Source of the DNA: Pelagomonas calceolata
Taxonomy: Eukaryota
NCBI GenBank assembly: GCA_918797485.1
Contig: CAKKNE010000002.1
Location: forward strand, 310,001 to 374,000
DNA length: 64,000 bases
Reading direction: 5' to 3'
The position numbers were made by a program, and so were the translations under genes. This document shows positions 33,633 to 44,261 of this stretch, in pieces (the first letter of the stretch is position 1; every line of letters starts with the position of its first letter). The notes under the pieces are model-generated. The model searched no databases and was not told where the DNA came from. It worked only from the letters and a program-made list of their open reading frames with translations.

Positions 33633-34058
33633 TCAACCCCTCTTTTTCCGCGCGGCGGCCTTCTGCCGCACGAGCGCGATCCACGACGAGCGCACGAGCG
33701 CCTCGAACTGCTCGTCGCGGTCGACCGTGATCGACTGGAGGTCGTAGTAGTCCTCGAAGAGCTGCCGCGTCACGGGCCCGCCGCCCGCCGCGAGCGCCTC
33801 GTGGAGCTCGGCGCGCACGTCGGCCGCGCTGCGATTGCCCGCGACGACGTCGGGGTGCGCGTCGGCGTCGAAGGCCTTGGCCATCGCCGCCGCGTCGAGC
33901 GTCGTCTCGTCGCCCAGGATCGTGTACAGCCGGTCGACGAAGGACCGCCGCCTGTCGTTCATGTGCCCCGCGTCGACGTGCAGCTTGAAAAACTCCTCGT
34001 CCATGCTCCGCTTCGCCTGGATATCCGGCTTTGGCTCGGCGCAGCACGCATTTCCCAT
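33633..34058 (-). CDS. Calcyphosine-like C-terminal-domain protein, dually acylated
   Basis: MGNACC; FDADAHPDVVAG...FEDYYDLQS...DEQFEALVRSSW. Confidence 0.7.
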   Translation of the reverse strand: MGNACCAEPKPDIQAKRSMDEEFFKLHVDAGHMNDRRRSFVDRLYTILGDETTLDAAAMAKAFDADAHPDVVAGNRSAADVRAELHEALAAGGGPVTRQLFEDYYDLQSITVDRDEQFEALVRSSWIALVRQKAAARKKRG

Positions 34059-34560
34059 TTTGGCGCGCGACGCGTCGCTCTCTTGCCGCGCGTCACGCTA
34101 GATCTTTTCGCTTCTGGCCCGCGCTCTCTTGCCGCGCGTCACGCCAATATTTTTGCTCCGTCCGCGCGCGCCGCGTTGCTGCTCGGCTGCTCGGCTGCTT
34201 TTGAGCAATGTATCAAATCTCCTGATGCGCCTAGTGAGCAGCGCCGGCTGCCGTATATGCTGCTCTTGACAACAGAAGAGAGCTACACGCTGCTGATATG
34301 CGCTCTTGACCGCGGCAGAGGCTGCGATCGCGGCTCGCGCCCAAAATCTACGAACCCGCGCAACCCCGCAACCCTATTTGAAATGAATTAAAAATTGCCG
34401 AAAAAAGTTCCTCGCGCTGCTGTAGTTTTGCTACGCATGTGTTCGCTTACGTTTGTGTTTCATAGCGAGGCGCGCCAGAGATTCAGAGGCGTAGCCAAAA
34501 TATCGGCTGCCCTCTGAAAAAATGCTCTGCTTGGCTGCCCACACCTAAAGAGCCATACCA

Positions 34561-37500
34561 ATGCGCAGCCGAAGCCGTTCGCGCGACAGGCGAGACAGGC
34601 GAGACAGGTCTCGCAGCCGTGGACGTCGGAAGCATTCTTCACGGGGAGAGCACCGATCGCACCGGTCCCGCTCGCGCAGCCGCGAGCGATCGAGGCGGTC
34701 GAGATCACGCCGTGAGCGAAGCCGCCGCTCGGACGAGCCGCCAAGACCACGATTGACGGGCTTCGCCGCGGACCTGGCCGCGGTCGAGGCCGCCGCCGCG
34801 CGGGGCGACGCCGAGGCCGCGCTGCGGCTCGCGGCGGCGCTCGCCGAGGCGACGCGGGGCTACCTGCCGCGCGGCGCCGGCCTGCGCGACACGCTCGCGC
34901 TCGCGTGCCGCCGCGGCCGCGTGCGCGAGGCGACGCGGCTGCTCGAGCGCGTCAAGGCCGCGCTCGGCCCGAAGCAAGCCTCGCGGCGCGCGCGGCCCGT
35001 CGACGCCGAGACGTTCGCGGCGGCGCTCCGGGCGCTGCCGCAGGTGGCGCGCGTGCCGCCGGGCGACGGCGCGGCGCTCGCGCGCGCGCTCGCGGCCGTC
35101 GCGCGCCTCGAGCCGCCCGCGACGGCCGAGGGCCCGGTCGCCAACGACGAGGACGCCGCGGACGTCGCGCGGCGCGCGGCGCGCCACGCGGCCGGCGACG
35201 CGACGGACTCGGAGGACGAGCTCGGCGCCGCGGCCGCGCGCGCCGCGCGCCGGGCGCACGCGCGCGCCGTGGGCTTCGCGGCGCGGCGCTGCGGCTGGGC
35301 GGCGCTCGAGCTCCTCGAGGAGGCGCGCCAGGCGGGCGACGCCGCGCGCGCGGGCGGCGCCGCGAAACGAATCACGGGAGCGAAGCTCACCAAGGGCCGG
35401 CGGCCCGACGAGGTCGAGTGCGACGGCGCCGCGGGCGCGGGCTTCCAGAGCGGCGAGGCCGTCGCGCTCGCGCCCGTCGGCGACGCCGGCGCGGCCGTCG
35501 AGGCCGAGGTCGCCGCGGCGCGCGGCGGCCGCCTGCTCCTCCGGTGCGGGTTCCGCGACGACGACGGGGGCGCGGCCGACGACGCGCCGCGGCGGCGGCC
35601 GCGGCCCGACGACGACGCGCACATCGAGGAGCGGCGCCGCGACGACGCGCGGCAGGCCGCGCGGCGGCGCCTCCTCAGCGCCGCGGGGGCCTCCTCGACG
35701 CCGGCGCGGGGCGACGCGGCGGGGCTCGCCGGCCGGCTCCGGCGCGCCGCGACGGGCGCGGACGTCGTCGCGGCGCTGCTGGCGGCGCGGACGCGCTGGC
35801 GCGTCGAGCCGCTCGGCAACCGCGTCGCGTTCGAGCGCGCCGTCGAGGCGGCGTGGGTCCTGGCGGCGGCGGCCTACGCGCCGCTGCGGGGCGAGGCCGC
35901 GCGGCCGCGCTACGGCGCCGCGCCGCCGCGGGCCGCGCCGCCGTGGTGGTTCCCCGCGGGCGCCGTCGCCGGCGCCGTCGTCGGCCTCGCGCGCGCGGGG
36001 GCGGAGGACGACGACGACGCGCGCTGCGCCGTCGCCGACGGCGGCGCGCCGCTGGACGAGGACCAGCGCCGCGCCGTCGAGGCCTGCGTGGCCGGCCCCG
36101 CGAGCGTCGCGCTCGTCCGGGGCCCGCCGGGCACGGGCAAGACCGCCGTCGCCGTGCGCTGCCTCGCGAGCTGGGCGGCGCGCGACGCCGGCGACCGCGC
36201 CGCGGCCCTGCCCAAGGTGAAGGTCGCGAACGGGCGGCTCATCCAGGTGAAGCGCGACCGGCCCGCGGCCGAACCGCCGGGCCCCCGCGTCCTCTGCCTC
36301 TCCGAGTCGCACGTCGCCGTGGACCACCTGCTCGAGGGCCTCGTGGCCGCGCGCGTGCGCGCGGTGCGCGTCGGCGCGCCCGCGCACTGGCGCGACGACG
36401 CGCGGTGCCCGGCGGCCGCGCGCGCGCTCGGGCGCCACTCGCTCGAGGTGCTGTCGCTCGAGGCGCGGCGGCGGGAGAAGGCCGCGGGCGGCGACGACGG
36501 CGCGCAGAACGCCGCGGCCTGGGAGGCCCAGCAGGCGCGCCTGCGCAAGGCGCACGTGCTCTGCGCGACGTGCGTCGGCAGCCGCGCCGCGGTCCTGCGG
36601 GGCCTGCGGTTCACGCACGTGCTCGTCGACGAGGCCGCGCACGCGACGGAGCTCGCGGCGCTCGTGGGCCTCGCGCGCGGCTGCCGGCGGCTCGTCCTCG
36701 TGGGCGACGACCGGCAGCTGCCGGCCTCCGTGGCCTCGCGCGACGCGGCGCGCGACGGCCTGGGCGCGTCGCTCTTCGAGCGGCTCGCGGCCGCGGGGCG
36801 CGCGCCCGTGCTCACGCTGCGGACGCAGTACCGCATGCCGGGCCCGCTGCGCGCGTTCCCGTCGCGGCGCTTCTACGGCGGCGCGCTGCGCGACGCCGCG
36901 ACCGTCGTCGCGCGGCCCCCGCCGCGCGGCTTCGCCTGGCCGCGGGCCGACGCACCCGTCGCCTTCCTGAGCGTCGCCGCGGCGGAGCGCCGCGAGGGCA
37001 CGTCCTGCGCCAACGACGCCGAGGCGGCGGCGGTCGCGGACGTCGTCGCGGGCCTCGTCGCGGGCGGCTCGGTCCGGGCGGCGGACGTCGGCGTCGTGAC
37101 GCCCTACGCGGCCCAAGCGCGCCTCGTGCGGGAGAAGGTCGACGCGGCCGTCGAGGTCGCCTCCGTGGACGCGTTCCAGGGGCGGGAGAAGGAGGTCGTC
37201 GTGGTGTCGACGGTGCGCGCGAACGCCGGCGGCGACGTCGGCTTCCTGAGCGACTGGCGCCGCGGCAACGTGGCGCTGACGCGGGCGCGGCGTGCACTCG
37301 TCGTCGTCGGCCACGCGCCGACGCTGCTGCGCGAGCCGCTGGCCTGGGGGCCCTGGGTCCGTTGGTGCTGCGCGCAGGGCTGCGTCGTCGGGAGCGTGGC
37401 CCTGGACGTGGCGCGGGCGCCGCCGGCGGGCGCCGCGGGCTGGGACTGGGGCGCCGACGTCGAGCCGCTCGCCGCGCCGGCGGTCCGGGTCCGGGCGGAC

Positions 37501-37761
37501 TCCGACGAGGACTCCGAGGACGACAACGCCTCGCCGGCGTCGCCGGCCTCCTCGGCCTCCCGGTCCCGGTCCGAGTCCCCCGCGTCGGAGGGCGGCTACG
37601 AGGAGGCCGCTCCGGCCCCGGCCCCGGCCCCGGCCCCCGCGCCTGCGGCGGAGCCCGAGCCCGAGTCCGAGGCCGCGCGGGCGGAGCGACTGCGGGCCAA
37701 GCACCTCGAGCGCATGGCCAAGCACCGGGAGGCGGCGAAGCGCTTGTACGGGCAACGGTGA
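34561..37761 (+). CDS. UPF1/SEN1-like SF1 helicase with RS-rich N-terminus
   Basis: GPPGTGKT, LVDEAA, VGDDRQLP, SLFERL, QYRM, VVTPYAAQ, SVDAFQGREKE, NVALTRARR. Confidence 0.9.
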   Translation: MRSRSRSRDRRDRRDRSRSRGRRKHSSRGEHRSHRSRSRSRERSRRSRSRRERSRRSDEPPRPRLTGFAADLAAVEAAAARGDAEAALRLAAALAEATRGYLPRGAGLRDTLALACRRGRVREATRLLERVKAALGPKQASRRARPVDAETFAAALRALPQVARVPPGDGAALARALAAVARLEPPATAEGPVANDEDAADVARRAARHAAGDATDSEDELGAAAARAARRAHARAVGFAARRCGWAALELLEEARQAGDAARAGGAAKRITGAKLTKGRRPDEVECDGAAGAGFQSGEAVALAPVGDAGAAVEAEVAAARGGRLLLRCGFRDDDGGAADDAPRRRPRPDDDAHIEERRRDDARQAARRRLLSAAGASSTPARGDAAGLAGRLRRAATGADVVAALLAARTRWRVEPLGNRVAFERAVEAAWVLAAAAYAPLRGEAARPRYGAAPPRAAPPWWFPAGAVAGAVVGLARAGAEDDDDARCAVADGGAPLDEDQRRAVEACVAGPASVALVRGPPGTGKTAVAVRCLASWAARDAGDRAAALPKVKVANGRLIQVKRDRPAAEPPGPRVLCLSESHVAVDHLLEGLVAARVRAVRVGAPAHWRDDARCPAAARALGRHSLEVLSLEARRREKAAGGDDGAQNAAAWEAQQARLRKAHVLCATCVGSRAAVLRGLRFTHVLVDEAAHATELAALVGLARGCRRLVLVGDDRQLPASVASRDAARDGLGASLFERLAAAGRAPVLTLRTQYRMPGPLRAFPSRRFYGGALRDAATVVARPPPRGFAWPRADAPVAFLSVAAAERREGTSCANDAEAAAVADVVAGLVAGGSVRAADVGVVTPYAAQARLVREKVDAAVEVASVDAFQGREKEVVVVSTVRANAGGDVGFLSDWRRGNVALTRARRALVVVGHAPTLLREPLAWGPWVRWCCAQGCVVGSVALDVARAPPAGAAGWDWGADVEPLAAPAVRVRADSDEDSEDDNASPASPASSASRSRSESPASEGGYEEAAPAPAPAPAPAPAAEPEPESEAARAERLRAKHLERMAKHREAAKRLYGQR

Positions 37762-38237
37762 ATGTATAATGATCTGTTGTCGTTTTGAATAAATAGATAA
37801 CTAGATAAACAGAAATCGAGGACGGAGAACACAGTTTTGTAGTCGTTCATCAATGCCCGACTACGGCGACGCGCCGAAGGGAACTAACTCTCCGGCCCCC
37901 TTCACACCAGCCGTATACCCTAGCCCTCGAGGCCTAGCGAGGACTAATGCCAAAAACTGCTGCGCGTGCGGGGGGGGTTGCCCTGCCATAAAATTTTGCA
38001 CAAAATTGGGCATTGCCATCGTCCTCCCACGACCGCCAGTTTATTTACAAGAGCTGCCCTTCGCCGGGCTACATCGACCAGACTGCCGGTTGGCTGTGGA
38101 GCACGTTCCTGCCGGCCTGTCTAGCACAGGGCAGCGTAGCTCCTGGAATTCATCAAACCACCAGAGACTGGACCAAAACCATGCGTCGTGCGCGAAGCTC
38201 GACGACGACCTTTCTGCCGGCCGTCAATGGCCACCCC

Positions 38238-39779
38238 ATGATGGCGGAGAGCAAGACCCGGAAGCGGCAACGGCGGCCCCCGTGGCGCGTCTTCGCGGCG
38301 GTCGGCGCGGGCGCGCTGCTGCTCCTCTTCTGCCTCGCGGGCCCGCGGCGCGAGCCGGAAACCCCTGGCGTTCGACGGCGGGCGACGGCGACGCGCAGCG
38401 ACGACGACGACAGCCTCGCCGCCGCGACGCGGACCGCGCCGCCGCGGCCGCGCGCGCTGCCCGCTCAGCCGCCCCGGGCGCCGGCGCGGCGGCGGCGAAA
38501 CACCGAGGCGCCTGTTCTCGGCGTCGTCGAGGAACATCACGCCATCCTGGGCTACCTCGCGCGCCTCAAGACCGCGGGCGGCCTCGCGCAGCCCGCGACG
38601 CTGCTCCACGTCGACTCGCACGCGGACCTCGGCGTGCCCCGGCCCTTCCCCGGCGCCGCGCCGCCGCTGTCGCCGCCGCGCGCGCTCGAGGCCTACGCGG
38701 AGCCGAACGACTGGATCCTGCTGGCCGCGCTCGCGGGCCTCGTCGACCGCGTCATCTTCGTCGAGCCGCCGTGGTCGAACCAATTGCGGTGCTGCCTCTA
38801 CGACACGAACGCGACCTTTAGCTTCGTCGTGGGTCTGGACCGCTACGGCGACGTGCGCGTCGACGTGGCCGAGGGCGAGTTCGTGCGGGAGCACTTCGGC
38901 CACGTGTTCTGGCGCGACGGCGAGCGGCGCACGGGCGACAGCGCCCACTTCCGGCAGGCGAAGCGCCTCGAGGTGACGGTCGTGGCGGCGGACCACGGGG
39001 ACGCGCCGGAGGTCGTCGAGGAGGTCCTCGCGCGCGACGACGGAGGCAAGCCGCTCGTCGTCGACGTGGACCTGACGTTCTTCGCCGTCGAGTCGCCGGG
39101 CTCGGCCGACGTGCGCGAGCGCTACGGCCTGCGCTACGACGAGCTCGAGACGCTCTACCACCTCGCGTGGGACTTTCCCCGCCTCGACGCGGCCTACTTT
39201 AAGCGCGGCGACGCGCGCGCGCGCGACGAGGGCGACGCCAAGGACTACGGCCAGAAGGTCGCGCGCAAGGTCGGCGGCTTCGTGCCGCTCGCGGGCAAGA
39301 AGCGCAGCCACTTCGCGGCGGCCTTCGAGCGGGCCCTGGGCGGCCGGAACCTCGAGCCCTGGCGCCTGCGGGCGCTGACGGACTACGCCGCGCGCCTCGA
39401 CGTGCCGGACCGCCCCGTGACGCCCGAGGCCCAGCGCGAGCTCGAGCTGTTCCTCGAGCAGCCCTTCCACGTGCCCTCGCTCGACCGGCACGCGCTGGAC
39501 ATGGACTACCTCGTGGGCAAGGTCGTGGAGCCCATCCTCGACGCGGTCGTCGACGCCGGTCGTGGAGCTCCGGCGCTCGTCGTCGTCGCGCGGTCGCCGG
39601 GCTACGCGCCGCCCACGCACCTCCACGAGACGGAGTGCCGCGTGCTCAACTCCCTGGCGCGCCGCTACCGCACGATCGAGATCACGCACGAGGCGCGCGT
39701 CGACGCGCGGAGGACGGCCTGCGCGCGCGTCCCCGACTTCGAGTACGTCCTCGCCGACGGCGAGCGGGTCCCCCAGTAA
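38238..39779 (+). CDS. UPF0489 (C5orf22-like) domain type II membrane protein
   Basis: VVEEHHAIL, LLHVDSHADL, NDWILLAA, VDVDLTFF, VVARS; N-terminal TM VFAAVGAGALLLLFCL. Confidence 0.7.
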   Translation: MMAESKTRKRQRRPPWRVFAAVGAGALLLLFCLAGPRREPETPGVRRRATATRSDDDDSLAAATRTAPPRPRALPAQPPRAPARRRRNTEAPVLGVVEEHHAILGYLARLKTAGGLAQPATLLHVDSHADLGVPRPFPGAAPPLSPPRALEAYAEPNDWILLAALAGLVDRVIFVEPPWSNQLRCCLYDTNATFSFVVGLDRYGDVRVDVAEGEFVREHFGHVFWRDGERRTGDSAHFRQAKRLEVTVVAADHGDAPEVVEEVLARDDGGKPLVVDVDLTFFAVESPGSADVRERYGLRYDELETLYHLAWDFPRLDAAYFKRGDARARDEGDAKDYGQKVARKVGGFVPLAGKKRSHFAAAFERALGGRNLEPWRLRALTDYAARLDVPDRPVTPEAQRELELFLEQPFHVPSLDRHALDMDYLVGKVVEPILDAVVDAGRGAPALVVVARSPGYAPPTHLHETECRVLNSLARRYRTIEITHEARVDARRTACARVPDFEYVLADGERVPQ

Positions 39780-39874
39780 TCTTGCTCCACAAACTGTTTA
39801 GTAGTATCACGTCGTGGCTTTCCACGTCATCTGTTCCACAAAATGTAAGTGCTGCGAATTGTGCTACGTCGTAG

Positions 39875-41302
39875 CTACGTCGTGGCGTTCCACGTCCGGC
39901 ATTCCTCGGCGGAAACGTTCCGAAGGTCGAAGGCCGTGGCGCCGACACGCGCGGCGATGGACACGTCGGTCGCATACGCTATGGCCAGGGCCTTGCGCAC
40001 CTCGCCGAGGACAGAGACGTCGGCGAGACGCACGCCGCGAAGGTGATAGCTGGGCCGGCCCGCGAGATTGATAGCGCGAGAATCTGCGGAGCTGCGGCAC
40101 AACACATGTTCGAACGAGAGGCGGCGAAAATCGGTCGGGCGAGCCGGGCGAGCCGGCGGCGGTTTCGGGGTTGGGTTCTTAAAGTTAGCGTTCACGGTGA
40201 TGCATTCCTTCACCTGTTCTGCGACGACGTCCCTCACGTAGATGTCCTGGACGTAGGCGCCGCGACCCGGCGTCGACTTGACGTAGCACGCGATGGTGGC
40301 CTTGGTAATGGTCGTATTGAGCGCATACACGCGCCTAATTCCACCTGACACCTCGGAGCCGACCGCGACGCCGCCGGCCGAGGCCTTTACGATCACGTTG
40401 TCCATGAGGACGAGGTCCTCGGTCGGGCGCCCCACGCTCCGGCCCGCCGCGTCCCGCCCGGACTTGATGGAGATGCCGTCGTCGCCGCTCACGATGGAGT
40501 TGCGGCGCGCGACGACGTCCGTCGAGGAGTCGATCACGATGCCGTCCGTGTTGCGGCCCCGGCTATCCACGTGTATGTTTTCGAGGAGCACGCCGTAGCT
40601 CAGCACGCAGTGCGCGGTCCAGAAGGCGCTGTCGCGCAGCGTGAGACTCGAAACGACGATTCGCGTCGATCCGAAGAGCTCGAGGAGCGTCGGCGGCGTG
40701 CGCTGGTCGACGCGCCCGTGCTCGGAGGGCTCGTGGCCCATTTCCTTTATTCGGCTCGTGCGGTGCGCCGAACCGATCATCGCGTTCTTCTCGTGCCAAG
40801 CTCGGCCGCCCCCGTCGATCACGCTGCTCGCGCCGCGGCCCTCGACGCGCGCGCCGTGCGTGCGGTACGCGCGGACCAGGGGCGACGGGCCGTGGAAGAC
40901 CACGCCCTCCGCACTCCTGAGCACGGGCGGTCGCTGGGGCGCCGAATACCCGAACCGGAGCGTCGTGTCGCGGCCGACCCGCAGACGCACGTGCGACAGC
41001 AGGTTCAGCGGGCCATCCAACTCGTAGGCGGCGCCGTCCCGCGTCGCGACGGTGCCTCCGCCGGCGCTGTTCGCCGCGAGCATCGCCTCGTTGAGCGCGC
41101 TCGTGCAGTCGGGCCCCGCGGGGACGACGACGGCGCCTCGTTCGTCGTCAAACGTCGGCGTCCCAGCCAAGACCCGGCGGACGATGTCCGCCGCGGCCGT
41201 CTCCGCCGTGGCTGTGTCGGCCGCTGCCCGCCGGCCCCTCACCTTACCCGTCGGCGCCGCGGTGACGGCGCCTAAGAGGAGGCAGATGCACCTCCACCCC
41301 AT
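39875..41302 (-). CDS. Secreted GH28 polygalacturonase-like protein
   Basis: Signal peptide; SAFWT, NTDG, GDDGISIKSG, VGSEVSGG. Confidence 0.85.
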   Translation of the reverse strand: MGWRCICLLLGAVTAAPTGKVRGRRAAADTATAETAAADIVRRVLAGTPTFDDERGAVVVPAGPDCTSALNEAMLAANSAGGGTVATRDGAAYELDGPLNLLSHVRLRVGRDTTLRFGYSAPQRPPVLRSAEGVVFHGPSPLVRAYRTHGARVEGRGASSVIDGGGRAWHEKNAMIGSAHRTSRIKEMGHEPSEHGRVDQRTPPTLLELFGSTRIVVSSLTLRDSAFWTAHCVLSYGVLLENIHVDSRGRNTDGIVIDSSTDVVARRNSIVSGDDGISIKSGRDAAGRSVGRPTEDLVLMDNVIVKASAGGVAVGSEVSGGIRRVYALNTTITKATIACYVKSTPGRGAYVQDIYVRDVVAEQVKECITVNANFKNPTPKPPPARPARPTDFRRLSFEHVLCRSSADSRAINLAGRPSYHLRGVRLADVSVLGEVRKALAIAYATDVSIAARVGATAFDLRNVSAEECRTWNATT

Positions 41303-41662
41303 CACGCGCTGCCCCCGTCCTCAAAGTTCATTTTGCATAATTTGGCAGCCCGGCCTTGCGCATTTCGATGGATGCCAAGCTTGCAGGCCAGCCGGCGTGC
41401 AACTGCCAGTACGTAGAAGGCCTCGTAGTGCACTGATGATGCGCAGTTGCCAATTGTTGACTGCCGCTCACGCTGCACCGCATATCGATACCTTACCAAG
41501 GTACCGAGATGGTACCGCAGCTCCGGTACTTTGCTATACCGAGTTCCCCTAAAAACGCCTCGGGTTTGGCCTCTTGGGGCCCTGCACCAGCACCGGATAG
41601 CGCGCACAAGCCCCCGTCCTCGTCGGGCAGCGGTCCGACCGCGGGCTGCCCGGTACTGAGAT

Positions 41663-42715
41663 ATGCCGCCCAAGCTCTTCCAGCGCGCCACGGCCGACGG
41701 CTACGCCGCCGAGGCGGAGACGGCCAAGGAGCGCCTCGACCGCTTGGAACGGGAGTACAAGATCAAGCAGGAGAAGGCCAAGCGGCGCGCGAAGAACTCG
41801 GGCCCGAACCTGCGGTGGAAGCCGCCCGTGGTTGAAAGATTAGACCCGACGCAGGACGCCGTCTGGCGGGCCGTGGTCGAGGCGCCGGTGGAGAACGAGG
41901 ACGACGACCACGAGCTCATGTACGTGCTCAATAAAAATGAGCCCGAGATCAACTTTACGTACTGCGGGCAGACGCCCTTCTTCTACGCGTGCAACTACGG
42001 CAAGGTCGGCGTCGTGAAGCTGTTGCTGCGCTGGCCCCACCCGACGGAGCTCGACGTGAACCAGCGCTCGGATGGCGGCGAGACGCCGTTCCTCGCGGCC
42101 TGCCGCGGCGACCACCTCGGCGTCGTCAAGGTCTTGCTCGAGACGGGGCCCAAGGCGAGCCCGCTCCTCGAGGATTTGGATCCAAATCAAAAGGCGAATG
42201 ATGGTCGGAGCGCGCTCTGGTGCGCCGCGCACAAGGGCCACGTGCGCACGCTCAAGTGGCTCCTCGAGAACTGCGGCGTCGGCCGCCTCGACTGGGAGGC
42301 GGCGGCCGACGGCCTCGAGGGCTTCGACCCGCCGCGCAAGGTGACCTGTTTACAAGCCGCCAAGGCCATGGCGCGCGGCGACGACGTGCTCAAGATCGTC
42401 AAGCAGGGCGTCTCGAAGCAGCGGCGCGAACGGGCCCGCGCCCGCATGCGCCGCGCGCAGAAGGCGACGAAGGCGTCCGTGCGCATGCGCGACGCCGACG
42501 GCGTCTTCTTCGGCACGGACATCTACGACTCGTCGAACCTCGACGACCTGAACCGCGAGAAGCACGACCTCGGCAACCAGAAGGGCATCGACTACGGCGG
42601 CCGCACGGCGGCGACCGACGAGCTCAACGCCAAGGCCGCCGCGGCCCAGGGCGGCGGCGACAACAAGGCCCTCGCCATGTTCGGCGGGGGCAAGAAGAAG
42701 AGCCCCTTTGGGTGA
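41663..42715 (+). CDS. Ankyrin-repeat protein
   Basis: GQTPFFYAC, GETPFLAAC, GRSALWCAA. Confidence 0.85.
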   Translation: MPPKLFQRATADGYAAEAETAKERLDRLEREYKIKQEKAKRRAKNSGPNLRWKPPVVERLDPTQDAVWRAVVEAPVENEDDDHELMYVLNKNEPEINFTYCGQTPFFYACNYGKVGVVKLLLRWPHPTELDVNQRSDGGETPFLAACRGDHLGVVKVLLETGPKASPLLEDLDPNQKANDGRSALWCAAHKGHVRTLKWLLENCGVGRLDWEAAADGLEGFDPPRKVTCLQAAKAMARGDDVLKIVKQGVSKQRRERARARMRRAQKATKASVRMRDADGVFFGTDIYDSSNLDDLNREKHDLGNQKGIDYGGRTAATDELNAKAAAAQGGGDNKALAMFGGGKKKSPFG

Positions 42716-42818
42716 CGGGACTGCTAAAACCATGTGTTGTGTGCTTTGCCTTAGAGCTAGGCCGCCTCCGCGGACTCGGAGATTGAATATATATAACTAG
42801 GTTAGGCCCGCGTACTAA

Positions 42819-43718
42819 TCACTCGAGCGCCGACGCGCCGGAGATGATCTCGATGAGCTCCGTCGTGATGCGCGCCTGGCGCGCGCGGTTGTAGATGAGC
42901 GTGAGCTTGTCGATGAGCTCGCCGGCGTTCTTCGTGGCGTTCTCCATGGCCTGCATGCGGCTCGACTGCTCCGACGTGGCGCCCTCCATCATGCCGTAGA
43001 AGATCTCCGTGGCGAGGTAGTACTCGCGGAGGCCGCGGAGCACGTCGTCGTCGGCGTCGTAGGCCGTTAAGGTAACATCGTCTCCTTCCAACACGAAGGG
43101 CGCGATCGTCTTGAGGGTCGGCGAGTAGGCGATGGCAGAAACAAACTTGTTGTAGACGACGGCGATCGCGCCCGTCTTTTCGGGCTCCGTGTCGAGAGCC
43201 ATCTGCGCGACCGTCGACGCGTAGCCGAAGTTGTAGGGCGGCGGGATGTTCGTCAGGGCCGTCGTCAGCGAGTCGGGCACCATGCGGCGCAGCTGCGAGC
43301 GGCCCTTCTCGCCGACAGCGATGACGTTCATCGTCTTGTTCTCCTCCTTGAGCCGCGCGTTGATGGTCCGCAGGCCGCGCGCGACGGCGGAGTGGACGCC
43401 TCCACAAAGACCCTTGTCCGACGAGATGGCCACGACGACGCTGTGGTCTGCGAGGCCCGCCGTGCCCTCGAGCTCCTCGAGCGGCGTCGCCGGCTCGTCG
43501 AGCACCGCGGTCCAGGCGGCGAACTGCTTCGCGGCGGCCAGGCGGTTCTGGTCGCCCTTGAGCTTCGCCGCCGAGACCATCTTCATCGACGACGTGATCT
43601 TCCGGATGTTTTTGGTCGAGGCGATGCGCATCGCGATCTCCTTCTCGGTGGCCATGGACCGGCGGGCGGCGGCTTGTTGGGCCCGCGGCGCCAGCGCTCT
43701 CGCGGCGCGGAGAGCCAT
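42819..43718 (-). CDS. ATP3: Mitochondrial ATP synthase gamma subunit
   Basis: NIRKITSSMKMVSAAK, SSDKGLCG, EQSSRMQAMENATKNA, YNRARQARITTELIEIISGA; presequence. Confidence 0.97.
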   Translation of the reverse strand: MALRAARALAPRAQQAAARRSMATEKEIAMRIASTKNIRKITSSMKMVSAAKLKGDQNRLAAAKQFAAWTAVLDEPATPLEELEGTAGLADHSVVVAISSDKGLCGGVHSAVARGLRTINARLKEENKTMNVIAVGEKGRSQLRRMVPDSLTTALTNIPPPYNFGYASTVAQMALDTEPEKTGAIAVVYNKFVSAIAYSPTLKTIAPFVLEGDDVTLTAYDADDDVLRGLREYYLATEIFYGMMEGATSEQSSRMQAMENATKNAGELIDKLTLIYNRARQARITTELIEIISGASALE

Positions 43719-44261
43719 GGTTATTTTTGTCGACGCGCCGGCGCGGCGTCTCAATACCCTGGGAGCTATAGGCTGGTCGAGCTTTAGCTCTCCCGCTCGC
43801 TCGCTGGCGTGGTTTCTCGCTCGCTCGCTGGCGAGGCGAGGCTGTGAACGCGGCAAGGCTGGCGCAAAGGCGTCGGCGTCGCGGAGCTGCTCCCTGCACG
43901 CGTTTTTATCCCGGCGGCGACTGGGCTGCGTCGAGCTAAAGTGGGATGCAGACGCATCGTGTCGGTCACGCAAACAGATCCGGTTGCAGGATTGGATCTG
44001 GGAATTGAAACTGCCTTCGCCGCGGGTGGATGCGCGGGTGCGACAACGCCGCCTGCGCCTCTCACGCCGTCTGCACCTCCGCTCGACACATAATAGGCGG
44101 TAGTGCGGATTTCCGAACCCTTTCGTCATCACTACTGGCGCGGGCAGCGTGAGCCTAGCTCGACGAGTTTCCAAAAGCCAGCCACAAAGACCACTGTGCA
44201 GGGGAGCCTCTCACCGCACGCGCGGACCGAGAACGTAGACGCAGAGGCTGCCCGAGCCAGC

